The notes beneath the pieces are model-generated. The model was not told the origin of the DNA. It was given only the letters and a program-made list of their open reading frames with translations, and searched no databases. A stretch of DNA of 64,000 nt from Rhodocyclales bacterium (GTDB lineage: Bacteria > Pseudomonadota > Gammaproteobacteria > Burkholderiales > Rhodocyclaceae), in assembly GCA_028292505.1 (NCBI GenBank), contig JAQGMF010000013.1, positions 36,025 to 100,024 on the forward strand, given 5' to 3'. The position numbers and the translations under genes are program-made. The stretch's first letter is position 1, and the number at the start of each line of letters is the position of its first letter. Below, piece after piece: positions 52,976 through 62,768 of the stretch.

Positions 52976-54355
52976 ATGAGCGAGAGCACGCAACTCCACA
53001 AGGATGCGCTTGGCGTCGGCGAGTCGATCGTCATGGGCGTTGCGGGTACCGCACCCGCTTTCAGCATCGCGGCGACCACCGCGGCGCTGATGGCGGCAGT
53101 GGGCAACCTCGCGCCCGCCAGCCTGCTGTACTGCGGCCTCATCATGTTCGGCGTTGCTTTCGCGTACATGCACCTGAACCGCATCAATCCCAATGCTGGC
53201 GCTTCGTATGCCTGGGTTGCCGCAGCGTTTCACCCGGCACTCGGCTTCTTCGCCGGCTGGGCGCTGCTCGTGGCTTCGGCCGTATTCATGGTTTCGGGCA
53301 CGATACCGGCGGCCACCGCGACCTTGAGCCTGATACGGCCAGACCTGGCCAACGACCCGCATTGGGTCACCGCGGTCGCAGCGCTGTGGCTGCTGGCGGT
53401 CAGCGCGGTCATCATCAAAGGCATCAAACCGACCAGCTACACGCAAGTGGCGATGAGCGTCGTCGAACTGCTGATCCTGCTATTGATCATAGTTGCCGCT
53501 GTCATACGCTACGGTGCAGCGCCGGCACATGTACCCACGCTCGCGTGGCTGTCCGCCACGCAATTCACGCCGCAGCTGTTCGCCACCGGCGCGCTGACGG
53601 CGCTGTTCTTTTTCTGGGGTTGGGACGTGACCGTCAATCTCAACGAAGAAACCCGCGACGCCGCGCACGCACCCGGCCGTGGCGCCATGTGGGCGATGGT
53701 CATCGTGTTGCTGCTGTTCATGGCTTTTGCCAGCGTGACGCTGCTGGTGTTGAGCGACAAGGAGATCGAGCAATCCAGCACCAATATCGTGCTGGCTGTT
53801 GCCGACAAGCTCTTCCCGAAACCGTGGAGCTACATGGCCGTGATCGCGGTCATGCTGAGCACGATCGGAACCCTGGAGACGTCCATCCTGCAATTTACGC
53901 GCACCATGTACGCCAAGGCTCGTGACGGCGCGCTGCATCGCCGCTACGCCGTGCTACACCCGGTATGGCGCACACCGTGGGCCGCTACGCTGGTCATCGC
54001 TGCGCTCGGATTGGTGCTGCTGTTCCTGTCCTCATATTTTCCGAGCGTCAACCAGATCATCAAGGCCTCGGTCAACGCTATCGGCTTCCAGGTTGCCTTC
54101 TATTACGGCCTCGCCGGCTTTGCATGCGCCTGGCATTTCCGCAAACAAGCCTTCCGATCAGTGCACGATCTTGTGTTCCTGGTGCTGTGGCCGGCAGCGA
54201 GCGCCACATTCCTGTTCTTCGTCGCGGCCTACAGTATTCCGACCTTCGATCTCACCACCAATGTCGTCGGCATAGGCGGCATTGTTATTGGGATCGTGCC
54301 TTGGTGGTTGAATCGGCGACGGGCCACAGCCATACAATCAATGCCATTAAGTTAA
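52976..54355 (+). CDS. APC-superfamily amino acid permease
   Basis: 12 TM, APC-like pattern (SIVMGVAGTAPAFSIA...); 459 aa. Confidence 0.87.
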   Translation: MSESTQLHKDALGVGESIVMGVAGTAPAFSIAATTAALMAAVGNLAPASLLYCGLIMFGVAFAYMHLNRINPNAGASYAWVAAAFHPALGFFAGWALLVASAVFMVSGTIPAATATLSLIRPDLANDPHWVTAVAALWLLAVSAVIIKGIKPTSYTQVAMSVVELLILLLIIVAAVIRYGAAPAHVPTLAWLSATQFTPQLFATGALTALFFFWGWDVTVNLNEETRDAAHAPGRGAMWAMVIVLLLFMAFASVTLLVLSDKEIEQSSTNIVLAVADKLFPKPWSYMAVIAVMLSTIGTLETSILQFTRTMYAKARDGALHRRYAVLHPVWRTPWAATLVIAALGLVLLFLSSYFPSVNQIIKASVNAIGFQVAFYYGLAGFACAWHFRKQAFRSVHDLVFLVLWPAASATFLFFVAAYSIPTFDLTTNVVGIGGIVIGIVPWWLNRRRATAIQSMPLS

Positions 54356-54374
54356 GCGGCGTCACTGGGAAATA

Positions 54375-54450
54375 TCGTCATCCCGGCGAAGGCCGGGATC
54401 CAGCTCCACGCGTGCTTACTGGGTCCCGGCCTGCGCCGGGACGACGAAAC
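54375..54450. repeat. REP-like inverted-repeat element, family A (second arm variant ctgggtcccggcctgcgccgggacgacgaaac)
   Basis: First arm identical to the copies at 5946 and 21743. Confidence 0.65.
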
Positions 54451-54569
54451 AATTATGCATATAGCCTAACTTAACGGCATTGACCATACAATGACCGCTG
54501 GATTGCGAGGAAGACGCAATTGTCGGATTCGGTTCTTGTGGGACCGCACACGACCGACAGCAACTACTT

Positions 54570-56093
54570 TTACTGCACAACGGCTCGAACTACCGGGCTA
54601 GCAACGGGCAAGTCGGCCGCCTTCCAGCTTTCCAGCCCTCCTCGATACCAGCCAACCTGGCTATAGCCAATTCTCTTTGCACGCATAGCCGCATTGGCTG
54701 AGGACCAATCGCGTTTCTTGGAGTAGAAAATAATGGCTTGATTCTTGTCTGGGCTAAGTAGCTTCAATAGCCCGGCAAATCGCGCTTCGTAGGCCGAGTC
54801 TTTGACGGTATCCGCGAAAGCAAATCCGCCGTAAAGCAAACTGAGTGCGGTTGGAATGACATCATCCAGATTTATGACATCGATTAACACGGGAGCCTGT
54901 GCGCGCTTGAGCGCAACAGCCAGCTCTCGCGTAGAAAATTTCTTGATTTCGTCGAGGTCTTGGGGAGGGGTGTCACCGAGGTCTTCAGTGCGCAGACCAT
55001 GGGCGCGAGTCAGTCCGCCGCCATATTGTTCATCGCCATAATATTGTTCTGACGGAGCAATCAGCTTCGCTAACGCTTCGCCGTGACTGGCCACCGCTGA
55101 TGCGTACAGATTGCGCACGTCAAATCCATTGACGATTTGAGTTTCGCACAGGCGTGGCAACGCGTTCTTGACATGATTGCAAGCATAGATGGCTCCCAAA
55201 AACGCATTGGTTTCTGATTCACGATTGCCCACTATGCCGAAGCCGGCTGCCCCAATTGGAACAGCAAGCGCCTTGTTTTCGTTGCTATTGGCATAGCCCG
55301 CAATCAGCCGCCGACATCTATCGGCAGAGCACTGCGTGGCGTCGAGGTCCTTAAAATATTCATCTGCGTCTGCAATGGACTGATTGAGTTCCCTGCCTGC
55401 AATATTTGGCGCTGTCCTGAACCCAGCAGGAAGATCGACCGTAGCGAAATCATTGGTGGTCACAATGCCGAGCGTAAGCGCGTCTTGATCTGGAATGTCC
55501 GTGCAGTCTTTGCGCAAGATCTTTGATGACGCGCAGTGATACGCCAGGCGTCGTGGCAACCTCTTGGCATCGAACACCTTGAGCAGCGCACCAGCGTCAT
55601 CCATTTTGTACAGAGCCATGTCCATGACTTTGGCATTGAAGTGTTCCGCCATACTCTGCTTCATGAAATAGATAATTTCCGCCCCTTTCTCGGGCACCAA
55701 AGCCATTGAATAAATGTCGTGCGCGCCATGGATACCAATATATGTTTGCGCGGGCCTGAAGGCATCCGAAAAAGAGCGCTCTTTGCCGCCCATGAACATG
55801 ATGGAGCAGGCAGAAATGCAATATCCAGCAATGACTGTGTTAACCCCTTTTTCCTTGATCAGCTTACCTACTTGCATGCCCGCCCATAGATCCCCTCCTG
55901 TGGAATTGACAAAAACGACTCTCTCGATTGCGGGCGATGCGAGGGCTTCTTTGAATTTCGGATAATCATCGACCACAGGCCCCGTTGCGTAGACGGTATT
56001 ACCGTGCACCTCGATCGTCATTGCCTGTACGGGACCCGCCGTTAGGAATGCGAGTATCGCCACTATTGATAGTAATTTGGTCTTATTTTCCAT
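54570..56093 (-). CDS. Secreted hypothetical protein: N-terminal ClpP/S49-like fold + C-terminal rhodanese-like domain lacking the catalytic Cys; lower GC than surroundings
   Basis: Signal peptide (LAFLTAGPVQA); VFVNSTGGDLWAGMQVGKLIKEKGVNTVIAGYCISACSIMFMGG resembles the ClpP INSPGG...AASMG region; C-terminal ...QAIIFYSKKRDWSSANAAMRAKRIGYSQVGWYRGGLESWKAADLPV is rhodanese-like with Ser in place of the active-site Cys; GC about 50% versus about 64% around it. Confidence 0.65.
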   Translation of the reverse strand: MENKTKLLSIVAILAFLTAGPVQAMTIEVHGNTVYATGPVVDDYPKFKEALASPAIERVVFVNSTGGDLWAGMQVGKLIKEKGVNTVIAGYCISACSIMFMGGKERSFSDAFRPAQTYIGIHGAHDIYSMALVPEKGAEIIYFMKQSMAEHFNAKVMDMALYKMDDAGALLKVFDAKRLPRRLAYHCASSKILRKDCTDIPDQDALTLGIVTTNDFATVDLPAGFRTAPNIAGRELNQSIADADEYFKDLDATQCSADRCRRLIAGYANSNENKALAVPIGAAGFGIVGNRESETNAFLGAIYACNHVKNALPRLCETQIVNGFDVRNLYASAVASHGEALAKLIAPSEQYYGDEQYGGGLTRAHGLRTEDLGDTPPQDLDEIKKFSTRELAVALKRAQAPVLIDVINLDDVIPTALSLLYGGFAFADTVKDSAYEARFAGLLKLLSPDKNQAIIFYSKKRDWSSANAAMRAKRIGYSQVGWYRGGLESWKAADLPVASPVVRAVVQ

Positions 56094-56240
56094 TCGGCAC
56101 GACGTAAAAAACGAACACTATGGATGCCATTTAAATATATGACGAGAGTCGGATGAGATATTGTAGGGCGAGTTTGTTGCTTCAGCGCCTCACAGGCGAA
56201 AACTTGTCTTGCCAACCGAGTAGTCGCTCCAGCCGCGCAA

Positions 56241-56268
56241 TTAAAAAGCCCGGCACATGGCCGGGCTT
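56241..56268 (-). terminator. Rho-independent terminator downstream of the hybrid histidine kinase
   Basis: Minus-strand gcccggccatgtgccgggc followed by tttttaatt. Confidence 0.6.
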
Positions 56269-56376
56269 TGACTCAGGTGGCGAGGGCCGACTCCTGATGG
56301 TTGCTGCGACACCGCTGCCCGCACTCACGCCATAGCCTTGGTAGATCGTGTTTGACGTGAAGGTATTGTTGTTGCC

Positions 56377-58626
56377 CTAGGTAAGGTCCGTGCTGGAACC
56401 AGATATAACGCCGCTCATTTGCACCGTCAGGCGCGCGACTGTCTGGCGCAGGATTTCGGGCTCGACGGGTTTGGTGAGATAGGCTGCGAAGCCCACTTGC
56501 GCGGCGCGATCACGGTCCGCCTGCTGCCCGTAGCCGGTCAGGGCGATCAGTCGGGCGCCACTCCAGCGCGGATGGGCGCGCATCTCCGCGGCGAGCTGAT
56601 AGCCGTCCATGCCGGGCAGGCCGATGTCGAGGATGGCGATGTCGGGGCTGAAATCGTTCAAGATATTCAGCGCCGCGATCGGGTCGTGCACGGCACGTAC
56701 TTCATAGCCTGCCGCAGCTAGCGCCATGGCTGTCGTGTCGGCCGCATCGACATTGTCGTCAACCACCAGCAGACGGCCACTTGCTGGCGTCATCTCGCGG
56801 ACAGGGGCCACGGCGGGCACGGCATGCCTTCTCTCCACCATGGGCAAGGTCACGGCGAAGCAGCTGCCCTGTCCGATGCCGGCACTTTGCGCGGTTACTG
56901 CGCCGCCATGCATCTCCACCAGACTCTTGACGATGGATAGCCCCAACCCCAATCCGCCGGTATGACGTTCGAGTGGCTGCGGCCCTTGCGAGAAAAGCTC
57001 GAACACATGCGGCAGTAGTTCGGGCGAGATGCCGATGCCAGCGTCCTGCACGCGAATTTCCACGCCGCTGCCCACGCGTTGCACGGCAATACCGATGCGC
57101 CCATGCGGTGTGAACTTCAGCGCGTTGGTCAGCAGATTGGTCACCACCTGCACGAGTCGCACATCTTCGCCCTCGACCCACACGGGCTCCGTCGATAGCG
57201 ACACCGCCACCGGCATGTCGCGCTTCTCGATCAGTGGTGCGGTGGCTTCCAGTGCTTGCTCCACGACGCGGTTGATGTCGACCGCTTCCTTGTGCAGCTC
57301 GATGCGCCCGGCCGCGATGCGCGACACGTCCAGCAGATCATCCACCAGTCGCGTCATATGCGTGACTTGACGCTTGATGATTTGGCGAAAAGGTTCGATC
57401 TGCGCATTGCCACGCATGCGTATCAACTCCAGCGCCGTGGAGATGGGAGCCAGAGGATTGCGCAATTCGTGGCCTAGCATGGCGAGGAATTCATCCTTCG
57501 CTTTCGAGGCCTGCTCAGCGTGTTGGCGTGCATCGCGTTCCGCAGCCTGCAGCGCGTCGCGCTCGGCCTCGGCATGGGCGCGCTCGCTTGCTGCGGCATT
57601 CATCGCTGCGCCGAGCGCGTCCAGTTCTTGAATCTCCGATGACAAGGGCGCGAACGCTTTGCCGCGACCCAGTGCATCGGCTGCGTCGAGCAATTGATCG
57701 ATGGGCTTGCTGATGCGTCGCGCCGCGAGGAAAGCCAGGAAGGCGCACAGCGCGAAGGAGGCGGCAATGCCCGTGCCATAAAACATCAGGGACTGATAGG
57801 CCGACGCGAATACTTCGCTGCGTGGTATACCGGTGACGACCGTCCAACCCGAATCGCTCAGGCGGCTGAACCCCGAGTACGACGCATCGCCTTCTAGCGT
57901 GTAAGACTCGCCCGAACCCTCCGACGCAGAGGTGTCGAGTATTTTGCGCAGCGAGGGACTGCCTTGCGTGCCGATGTATTTGTCATGCTGACGCGAGCGT
58001 GCGACGCGCAGGCCGTGCTGGTCGAATACCGACACTACCCACGAGGCCGGCACCTTCTGCCGGGATATGACATTGGCAATAGCGTCCGGCACGACGGCAG
58101 CGCTCACCACATAGCGCAACCGGGCATCACGGAATACCGGAACGCGTATGGCGAAGGAATACTTGCTCTGGGGGCCGAGCAAAATCCCGCCGACAGCCGG
58201 CGCCCGCGTCGTCATTACTTGCTGCAGGCTGTCGGGCCCCAGTACTTTCAGCGATGGTTTGTTTTCCGTCGAACTGGCCTTGAAGATGATATGACCCTGC
58301 TCATCGGAGAGAATGACGGCGAGCCAATGCGGGTGGTGAATCAGGGTGCGCTGCGCGAGCGGCCCGAATGCCACAATATCGCCCTGATCCAGCTGCGAGG
58401 CCATGACCAGACCGTCCAGCGAGGCCATCGTATTGTGCAGCTCCGCATCGACGGCTGTCGCCAGTGCGCGGGAGAGGTCAAGCGCTGTTCGCTGCGCCTC
58501 GTGCTGGCGGTCGAGCATCAGGCTATAAACGGCGAATGTCGCCAGCACGGCCAGCGGCACTACGCCCGCTGCAGCCAGCAGGAATAGTCGATACCCCAAA
58601 GACCGCCGTGCCCGTGCGTCATGCAT
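56377..58626 (-). CDS. Hybrid sensor histidine kinase/response regulator (periplasmic sensor domain, HisKA, HATPase_c, C-terminal REC; start at MHDARAR; ORF extends to 58668)
   Basis: Two TM segments flanking a periplasmic domain of about 270 aa; H-box LAMLGHELRNPL; GGLGLGLSIVK G-box; C-terminal LLVVDDNVDAAD...DIAILDIGLPGMDG receiver. Confidence 0.9.
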   Translation of the reverse strand: MHDARARRSLGYRLFLLAAAGVVPLAVLATFAVYSLMLDRQHEAQRTALDLSRALATAVDAELHNTMASLDGLVMASQLDQGDIVAFGPLAQRTLIHHPHWLAVILSDEQGHIIFKASSTENKPSLKVLGPDSLQQVMTTRAPAVGGILLGPQSKYSFAIRVPVFRDARLRYVVSAAVVPDAIANVISRQKVPASWVVSVFDQHGLRVARSRQHDKYIGTQGSPSLRKILDTSASEGSGESYTLEGDASYSGFSRLSDSGWTVVTGIPRSEVFASAYQSLMFYGTGIAASFALCAFLAFLAARRISKPIDQLLDAADALGRGKAFAPLSSEIQELDALGAAMNAAASERAHAEAERDALQAAERDARQHAEQASKAKDEFLAMLGHELRNPLAPISTALELIRMRGNAQIEPFRQIIKRQVTHMTRLVDDLLDVSRIAAGRIELHKEAVDINRVVEQALEATAPLIEKRDMPVAVSLSTEPVWVEGEDVRLVQVVTNLLTNALKFTPHGRIGIAVQRVGSGVEIRVQDAGIGISPELLPHVFELFSQGPQPLERHTGGLGLGLSIVKSLVEMHGGAVTAQSAGIGQGSCFAVTLPMVERRHAVPAVAPVREMTPASGRLLVVDDNVDAADTTAMALAAAGYEVRAVHDPIAALNILNDFSPDIAILDIGLPGMDGYQLAAEMRAHPRWSGARLIALTGYGQQADRDRAAQVGFAAYLTKPVEPEILRQTVARLTVQMSGVISGSSTDLT

Positions 58627-58805
58627 ACGAGGGATGCTCCTGAAGCGCCGAATCGGCAAAGATAGCATGGGCGTTTGAGGCCCACATATGCGCCCGGCGG
58701 GTCGATCTGCTGGATGGATGTAAACGCATTACCGGTGGAAGGGCATCACTGCGAGCGCGTGCAACTCAAACCGGCGCGCCTGATGGAATCACTTCAAAGG
58801 CATCG

Positions 58806-59141
58806 CTACAGATCGCCCTGTGGCGAAGCAGAATCATCGAAATTCTCATCGAGTTCGAATGCGCCTTCATGGAAGGCGGCGATGATCGCCAGAGCCTCAC
58901 CCTCGAAATATTCGGGCACCCGCACGCGCGCGCCGCCGACCGCCATGGCAAGCAGCGAATTCACCTGCACGAAATTCATGTCACTCGCCTCTGCGGGCAC
59001 ACGGGCCGCCCGAAGACATGAACAGAGCAGGTGTGCTTCGGTCGCCGTCAAGTCACGCGCCACGATGACCATGTCGCCGTAGTACTTGTCGGCCATCATC
59101 GTCCGGGTTTGCATTTCGAGGTATTCGCGGTTTGAGCTCAT
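58806..59141 (-). CDS. DUF2007-like small protein ('putative signal-transducing protein' fold)
   Basis: MVIVARDLTATEAHLLCSCLRAARVPAE fits the DUF2007 core; aggaaag RBS before the 59141 start; directly upstream of the hybrid kinase. Confidence 0.5.
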   Translation of the reverse strand: MSSNREYLEMQTRTMMADKYYGDMVIVARDLTATEAHLLCSCLRAARVPAEASDMNFVQVNSLLAMAVGGARVRVPEYFEGEALAIIAAFHEGAFELDENFDDSASPQGDL

Positions 59142-59253
59142 CGCCTGACTTTCCTGTAGACTGGACGGTTCGTCCGTACTAGAACAAGGTTATGCGAAAC
59201 AGGCCGGTCATCCGGCAGTGCCGTGTCGCGATCCATCTCATCAGGTTATAGCT

Positions 59254-59784
59254 ATGAAAACGCGAGAAGTCGTCATCTTCAGTGGTAAAAAATTCACGGT
59301 ACCGCAAGGCATCCAGCGCATCGATTCCAGATCGACGCACGGCTGGCAGGTCCGCTGCCTGGGCACCAAGCTGTTCTCGGATCATACTCAGGATGGCAGC
59401 GGCGCGCACCAAGCACTCGAAGACGCGAAGAAAGAACTGGTGCGTCGCATGATCAGGCTATCTGCCCAACCTGTCTTGCGCAAAGCGCCGCGCGCGAATA
59501 AGAAGAACGATCTGCCGGTCGGCATCTCGGGCCCCATCATTCGCAGCCGTCCAGGCTGGAAAGCGCGTCAGGCCTACTTTTCCGTGGTGCTGCCGCGTGC
59601 CGGATATGCACCCGGCTGCGCAACGGTGTACATCGCCAATGAGAACACCTACACCATCGAAAAATATCGCGAAGCGCTGGAGAAAGCCATGGCACTGCGC
59701 GAGCAGGCGGAGCAAGCCTATGAGATTGCTATGCTGAAGGCGCGCCGCAAGACAATACGCGACATGAAGGCGGCAGTTCGGTAA
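59254..59784 (+). CDS. Hypothetical protein with two AP2-like (integrase-type) DNA-binding repeats (start at MKTREVV; ORF extends to 59218)
   Basis: Two GW-x-R units (HGWQVRCLGTKLFSDHTQDGSGAHQALEDAKKEL and PGWKARQAYFSVVLPRAGYAPGCATVYIANENTYTIEKYREALEKA). The assignment is tentative. Confidence 0.45.
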   Translation: MKTREVVIFSGKKFTVPQGIQRIDSRSTHGWQVRCLGTKLFSDHTQDGSGAHQALEDAKKELVRRMIRLSAQPVLRKAPRANKKNDLPVGISGPIIRSRPGWKARQAYFSVVLPRAGYAPGCATVYIANENTYTIEKYREALEKAMALREQAEQAYEIAMLKARRKTIRDMKAAVR

Positions 59785-59818
59785 GGGAATTACATAAGTA
59801 ACTTGTTGAGCCCCAACG

Positions 59819-59903
59819 TCGTCATTCCCCCGAAAGCGGGAATCCACTCGGTGACACAGGCCTCACGTAGAAGTGGATTCCCGCTTTCGCGGGAATGACA
59901 CGT
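59819..59903. repeat. REP-like inverted-repeat element, family B
   Basis: cgtcattcccccgaaagcgggaatccac ... gtggattcccgctttcgcgggaatgacacg with the same spacer as the 33862 copy. It abuts the 3' end of the NRPS relic. Confidence 0.7.
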
Positions 59904-62343
59904 CGTGGGAAGAATGCAGCAAATCCTCTTGCTTGCGGGCCAGCTCGGGCGTGGGCAGCGCTTTGCGATCGACCTTGCCATTAGGCGTCAGTGGCAAATA
60001 TGCGAGTGCCATGAAGGTGCTGGGCAGCATGTACTCCGGCAGGGACCGGCGCAGATGGGCGCGCAACGCGCTGACGAGATCTTGCCCGGCACTGTGCTCA
60101 TGCGGTACGACGTAAGCCAGCAAACGTTTGTCGCCGAGACGATCTTCGCGTGCGAGCACGAGCGCTTCGCGCACTGCTGGATGCCTCATCAGCGCCACTT
60201 CGATCTCGCCGAGCTCGATGCGGAAGCCGCGAATCTTTACCTGGTTATCGATGCGTCCGAGATAGTCGATGTCGCCGCCGGGAAGGTAGCGCACCAGATC
60301 GCCGGTGCGATACATGCGTGTGCCGGGAGGGCCAAAAGGATCAGGAATGAAACGTTCCGCGGTCAGCTCGGGCCGATTCAGATAGCCGCGTGCCAAGCCG
60401 TCACCGGCGATATATAGCTCACCGACCACGCCAATGGGGCAGACGTTCATATATGCATCCAGAATATATAGCCGGGTATTAGCGATCGGACGGCCGATGC
60501 TGACTGGCGATGTGCCACCCTTGTCCGTAAGCGCGTAGCTGGCGTAGGTTGTGTATTCCGAAGGGCCGTAAAGATTGAAGATATGCCGAATGGTTTTACA
60601 CTGGTACAGCTTCTGCACCAGATCGTTTTGGAGTACCTCGCCGGCCAGATTGATGACGCCGACCGACGCAGGAATGGCATCGAGGTTCAGCAGTTCCTTG
60701 ATCGCGGACGGAACCGTGTTGATCAGCGTGGCGGATTGCCCCTGTGTGCTGAAGGGCAACATCAGCGCATTGCCCACGACGATGACCGTACCGCCCTGGC
60801 TGAGTGGAACAAAAATTTCGAAGATGGAGAGATCGAAACAGATCGAAGTGGACGCGAGCGTTCTGCGGAGCGTGTGGCGATCGAAAACCGTTTGCGCCCA
60901 TTGGATGAAGTTCACCGCATTGCTGCTTTGAATGCCGACACCCTTGGGCTTGCCGGTAGAGCCGGAAGTGTAGATGACGTAGGCGAGGTTGTCGGGCTGC
61001 GTGAGGCAGGTCGGGTTGTGCGTGGATTCATGCGCGAGTGAGGACCAGTCTTCGTCGAGGCGAAAAGTGGCAACGCCATGTTCAGCTTGCGCATCGGTCA
61101 GGGACGCTTGCGTGAGCAACACTGCCGGCTTCGCGTCGGCAAGCATGAAAGCGAGTCGCTCCGTGGGATAGCAGGGATCGAGCGGCACATAGGCACCTCC
61201 GGCCTTGAGAATAGCGAGGAGCGCGACAATCATTTCCAGCGAGCGTTCGATGCACAGCGCCACCAGAACATCGGGGCCGACGCCCATCGTGCGCAGATGA
61301 TGCGCGAGCTGATTGGCGCGCGCGTTGAGTTGTGCGTAGCTGAGTGAAGCGTCCTCGAAGACGACAGCCACGGCCTCGGGGCAGACCTCGACTTGCGTTT
61401 CGAAGAGCTGCTGGATGGTTTGATTCTGGCGATAAGAAGCCGCCGTGGCATTCCAGTCCACAAGCAATTGATCGCGCTCGCTTGCGGTGAGGAGCGGCAG
61501 ATCGGCAAGTCGTGCAGTGGGTTCGACTACGACAGCGTCGAGCAGCACGCCGAAATGCGCCGCCATGCGCGCGATGGTGGTCGCATCGAATAGCCGGGCA
61601 TTGTATCCAATTTGAATAAACAGACCGGAGCTGCGCTCACGCACGCGCCAGCTCATATCGAACTTCGCGGCGCCTGCTGCGTCGCGTGTTGAAGTGCCCG
61701 AATGCGTTTGCGAATTTACATCTGGCGCATCTTGCAGCGTCAGCATGACCTGGAAGAGCTGCGAGTGGCTCAGGCTATGCAGCGGGTTGAGCGTCTCTAC
61801 CAATTGCTCGAAAGGCACTTCCCGATGAGCATAGGCGGCAAGCACTATGTGCTTGAGTTGCGCGAGTAAGGCAACGAAGGCGTCGCGGTAGTCAAGACGC
61901 GCGCGTAGCACCAGCGTATTGAAGGGCTGCCCGGTTCTGGCGTGATCGCGGCTGGTAACGAGCGTCCCGATATTGATATCGGTTTGCCCGGAATGACGCG
62001 CGAGTAATACATTCAAGGCTGCCGCCAGTATCATGAACAGCGTCACGTCCTGCTGCTGCGCCAGCGTATCGAGCGCGGCGCTTGTCTCTGGCGAGACACC
62101 AAAATCGAAAGTAGCGCATTGAAATGCCTGCACGGCAGCGCGTGGTCGATCGGTGGGCAGATTGAGCAGGGGCGACGCGTCGGCCAACTGGGCTCGCCAG
62201 TAGGCGAGTTGCGCCGAATCGATCTGCGCTGCAAAGTCGATATGCGATTCAACTATACACAGCGACTCGTCCAGCGATTCGATCCGGTGGGCGACAAGCG
62301 GAGCGTGATGGGGCCCGTTAGGTGGCTTCACGCATCTTCTCAA
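59863..62343 (-). pseudogene. Nonribosomal peptide synthetase fragment: C-terminal part of a condensation domain plus an adenylation domain; N-terminus and the PCP onward are missing
   Basis: Begins mid-C-domain (QLAYWRAQLADASPLLNLPTDRPRAAVQAF, a motif that normally follows HHxxxDG, which is absent). A-domain cores are present: LAYVIYTSGSTGKPKGV (A3), FDLSIFE (A4), NLYGPSE (A5), YRTGDL (A7), GRIDNQVKIRGFRIELGEIE (A8), LPLTPNGKVDRKAL (A10). The ORF then runs into the REP element (...SFPRKRESTST*) with no thiolation domain. Confidence 0.7.
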
Positions 62344-62536
62344 TCAAGCTCAAGGGCCGCATGTCCGTCCAGACCTGCTTGATGTACGTCAGACATTCCG
62401 TCTTCATTCCATTTTTTCCGACAGACTTCCAGCCTGCCGGTATCGCGCTATCCGAGGGCCAGATCGAATACTGTCCCTCATCGTTGATGACGACCCAGTA
62501 CGATTCCTTGTCGTCCACAGTCTCTTGGATTTTCAT
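62318..62536 (-). CDS. MbtH-like protein (start at MKIQETV; ORF extends to 62584)
   Basis: YWVVINDEGQYSIWPSDSAIPAGWKSVGKNGMKTECLTYIKQVWTDMRP, with the canonical MbtH Trp/Pro pattern. Confidence 0.85.
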   Translation of the reverse strand: MKIQETVDDKESYWVVINDEGQYSIWPSDSAIPAGWKSVGKNGMKTECLTYIKQVWTDMRPLSLIEKMREAT

Positions 62537-62768
62537 GGGATGTTTTCCAATTGAAACGTCATAAATGGCTGCAGTCATAGGCAAACGGGCGGGGCATTAA
62601 CACGAATGAATGCCCTGCCAATTGTTCGCTACAGATACTATTTCACAGAGCCCACAACGCGGACTGTTCGTTTGCGACATTACTCAATATGCGTAGTCGC
62701 TCGTCTACCCAAAAGGCGCGCCAAGCCTGGCGCGCAATTACGTGCCGGGCTTCGTGAGCAGATGCGTA

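Noticed and set aside
54375-59903. Possibility that the low-GC patch is a prophage or integrative element
   Set aside because: No integrase, transposase, phage structural genes, or direct repeats of a tRNA 3' end were found. Only the REP elements flank it, and these are ubiquitous here.
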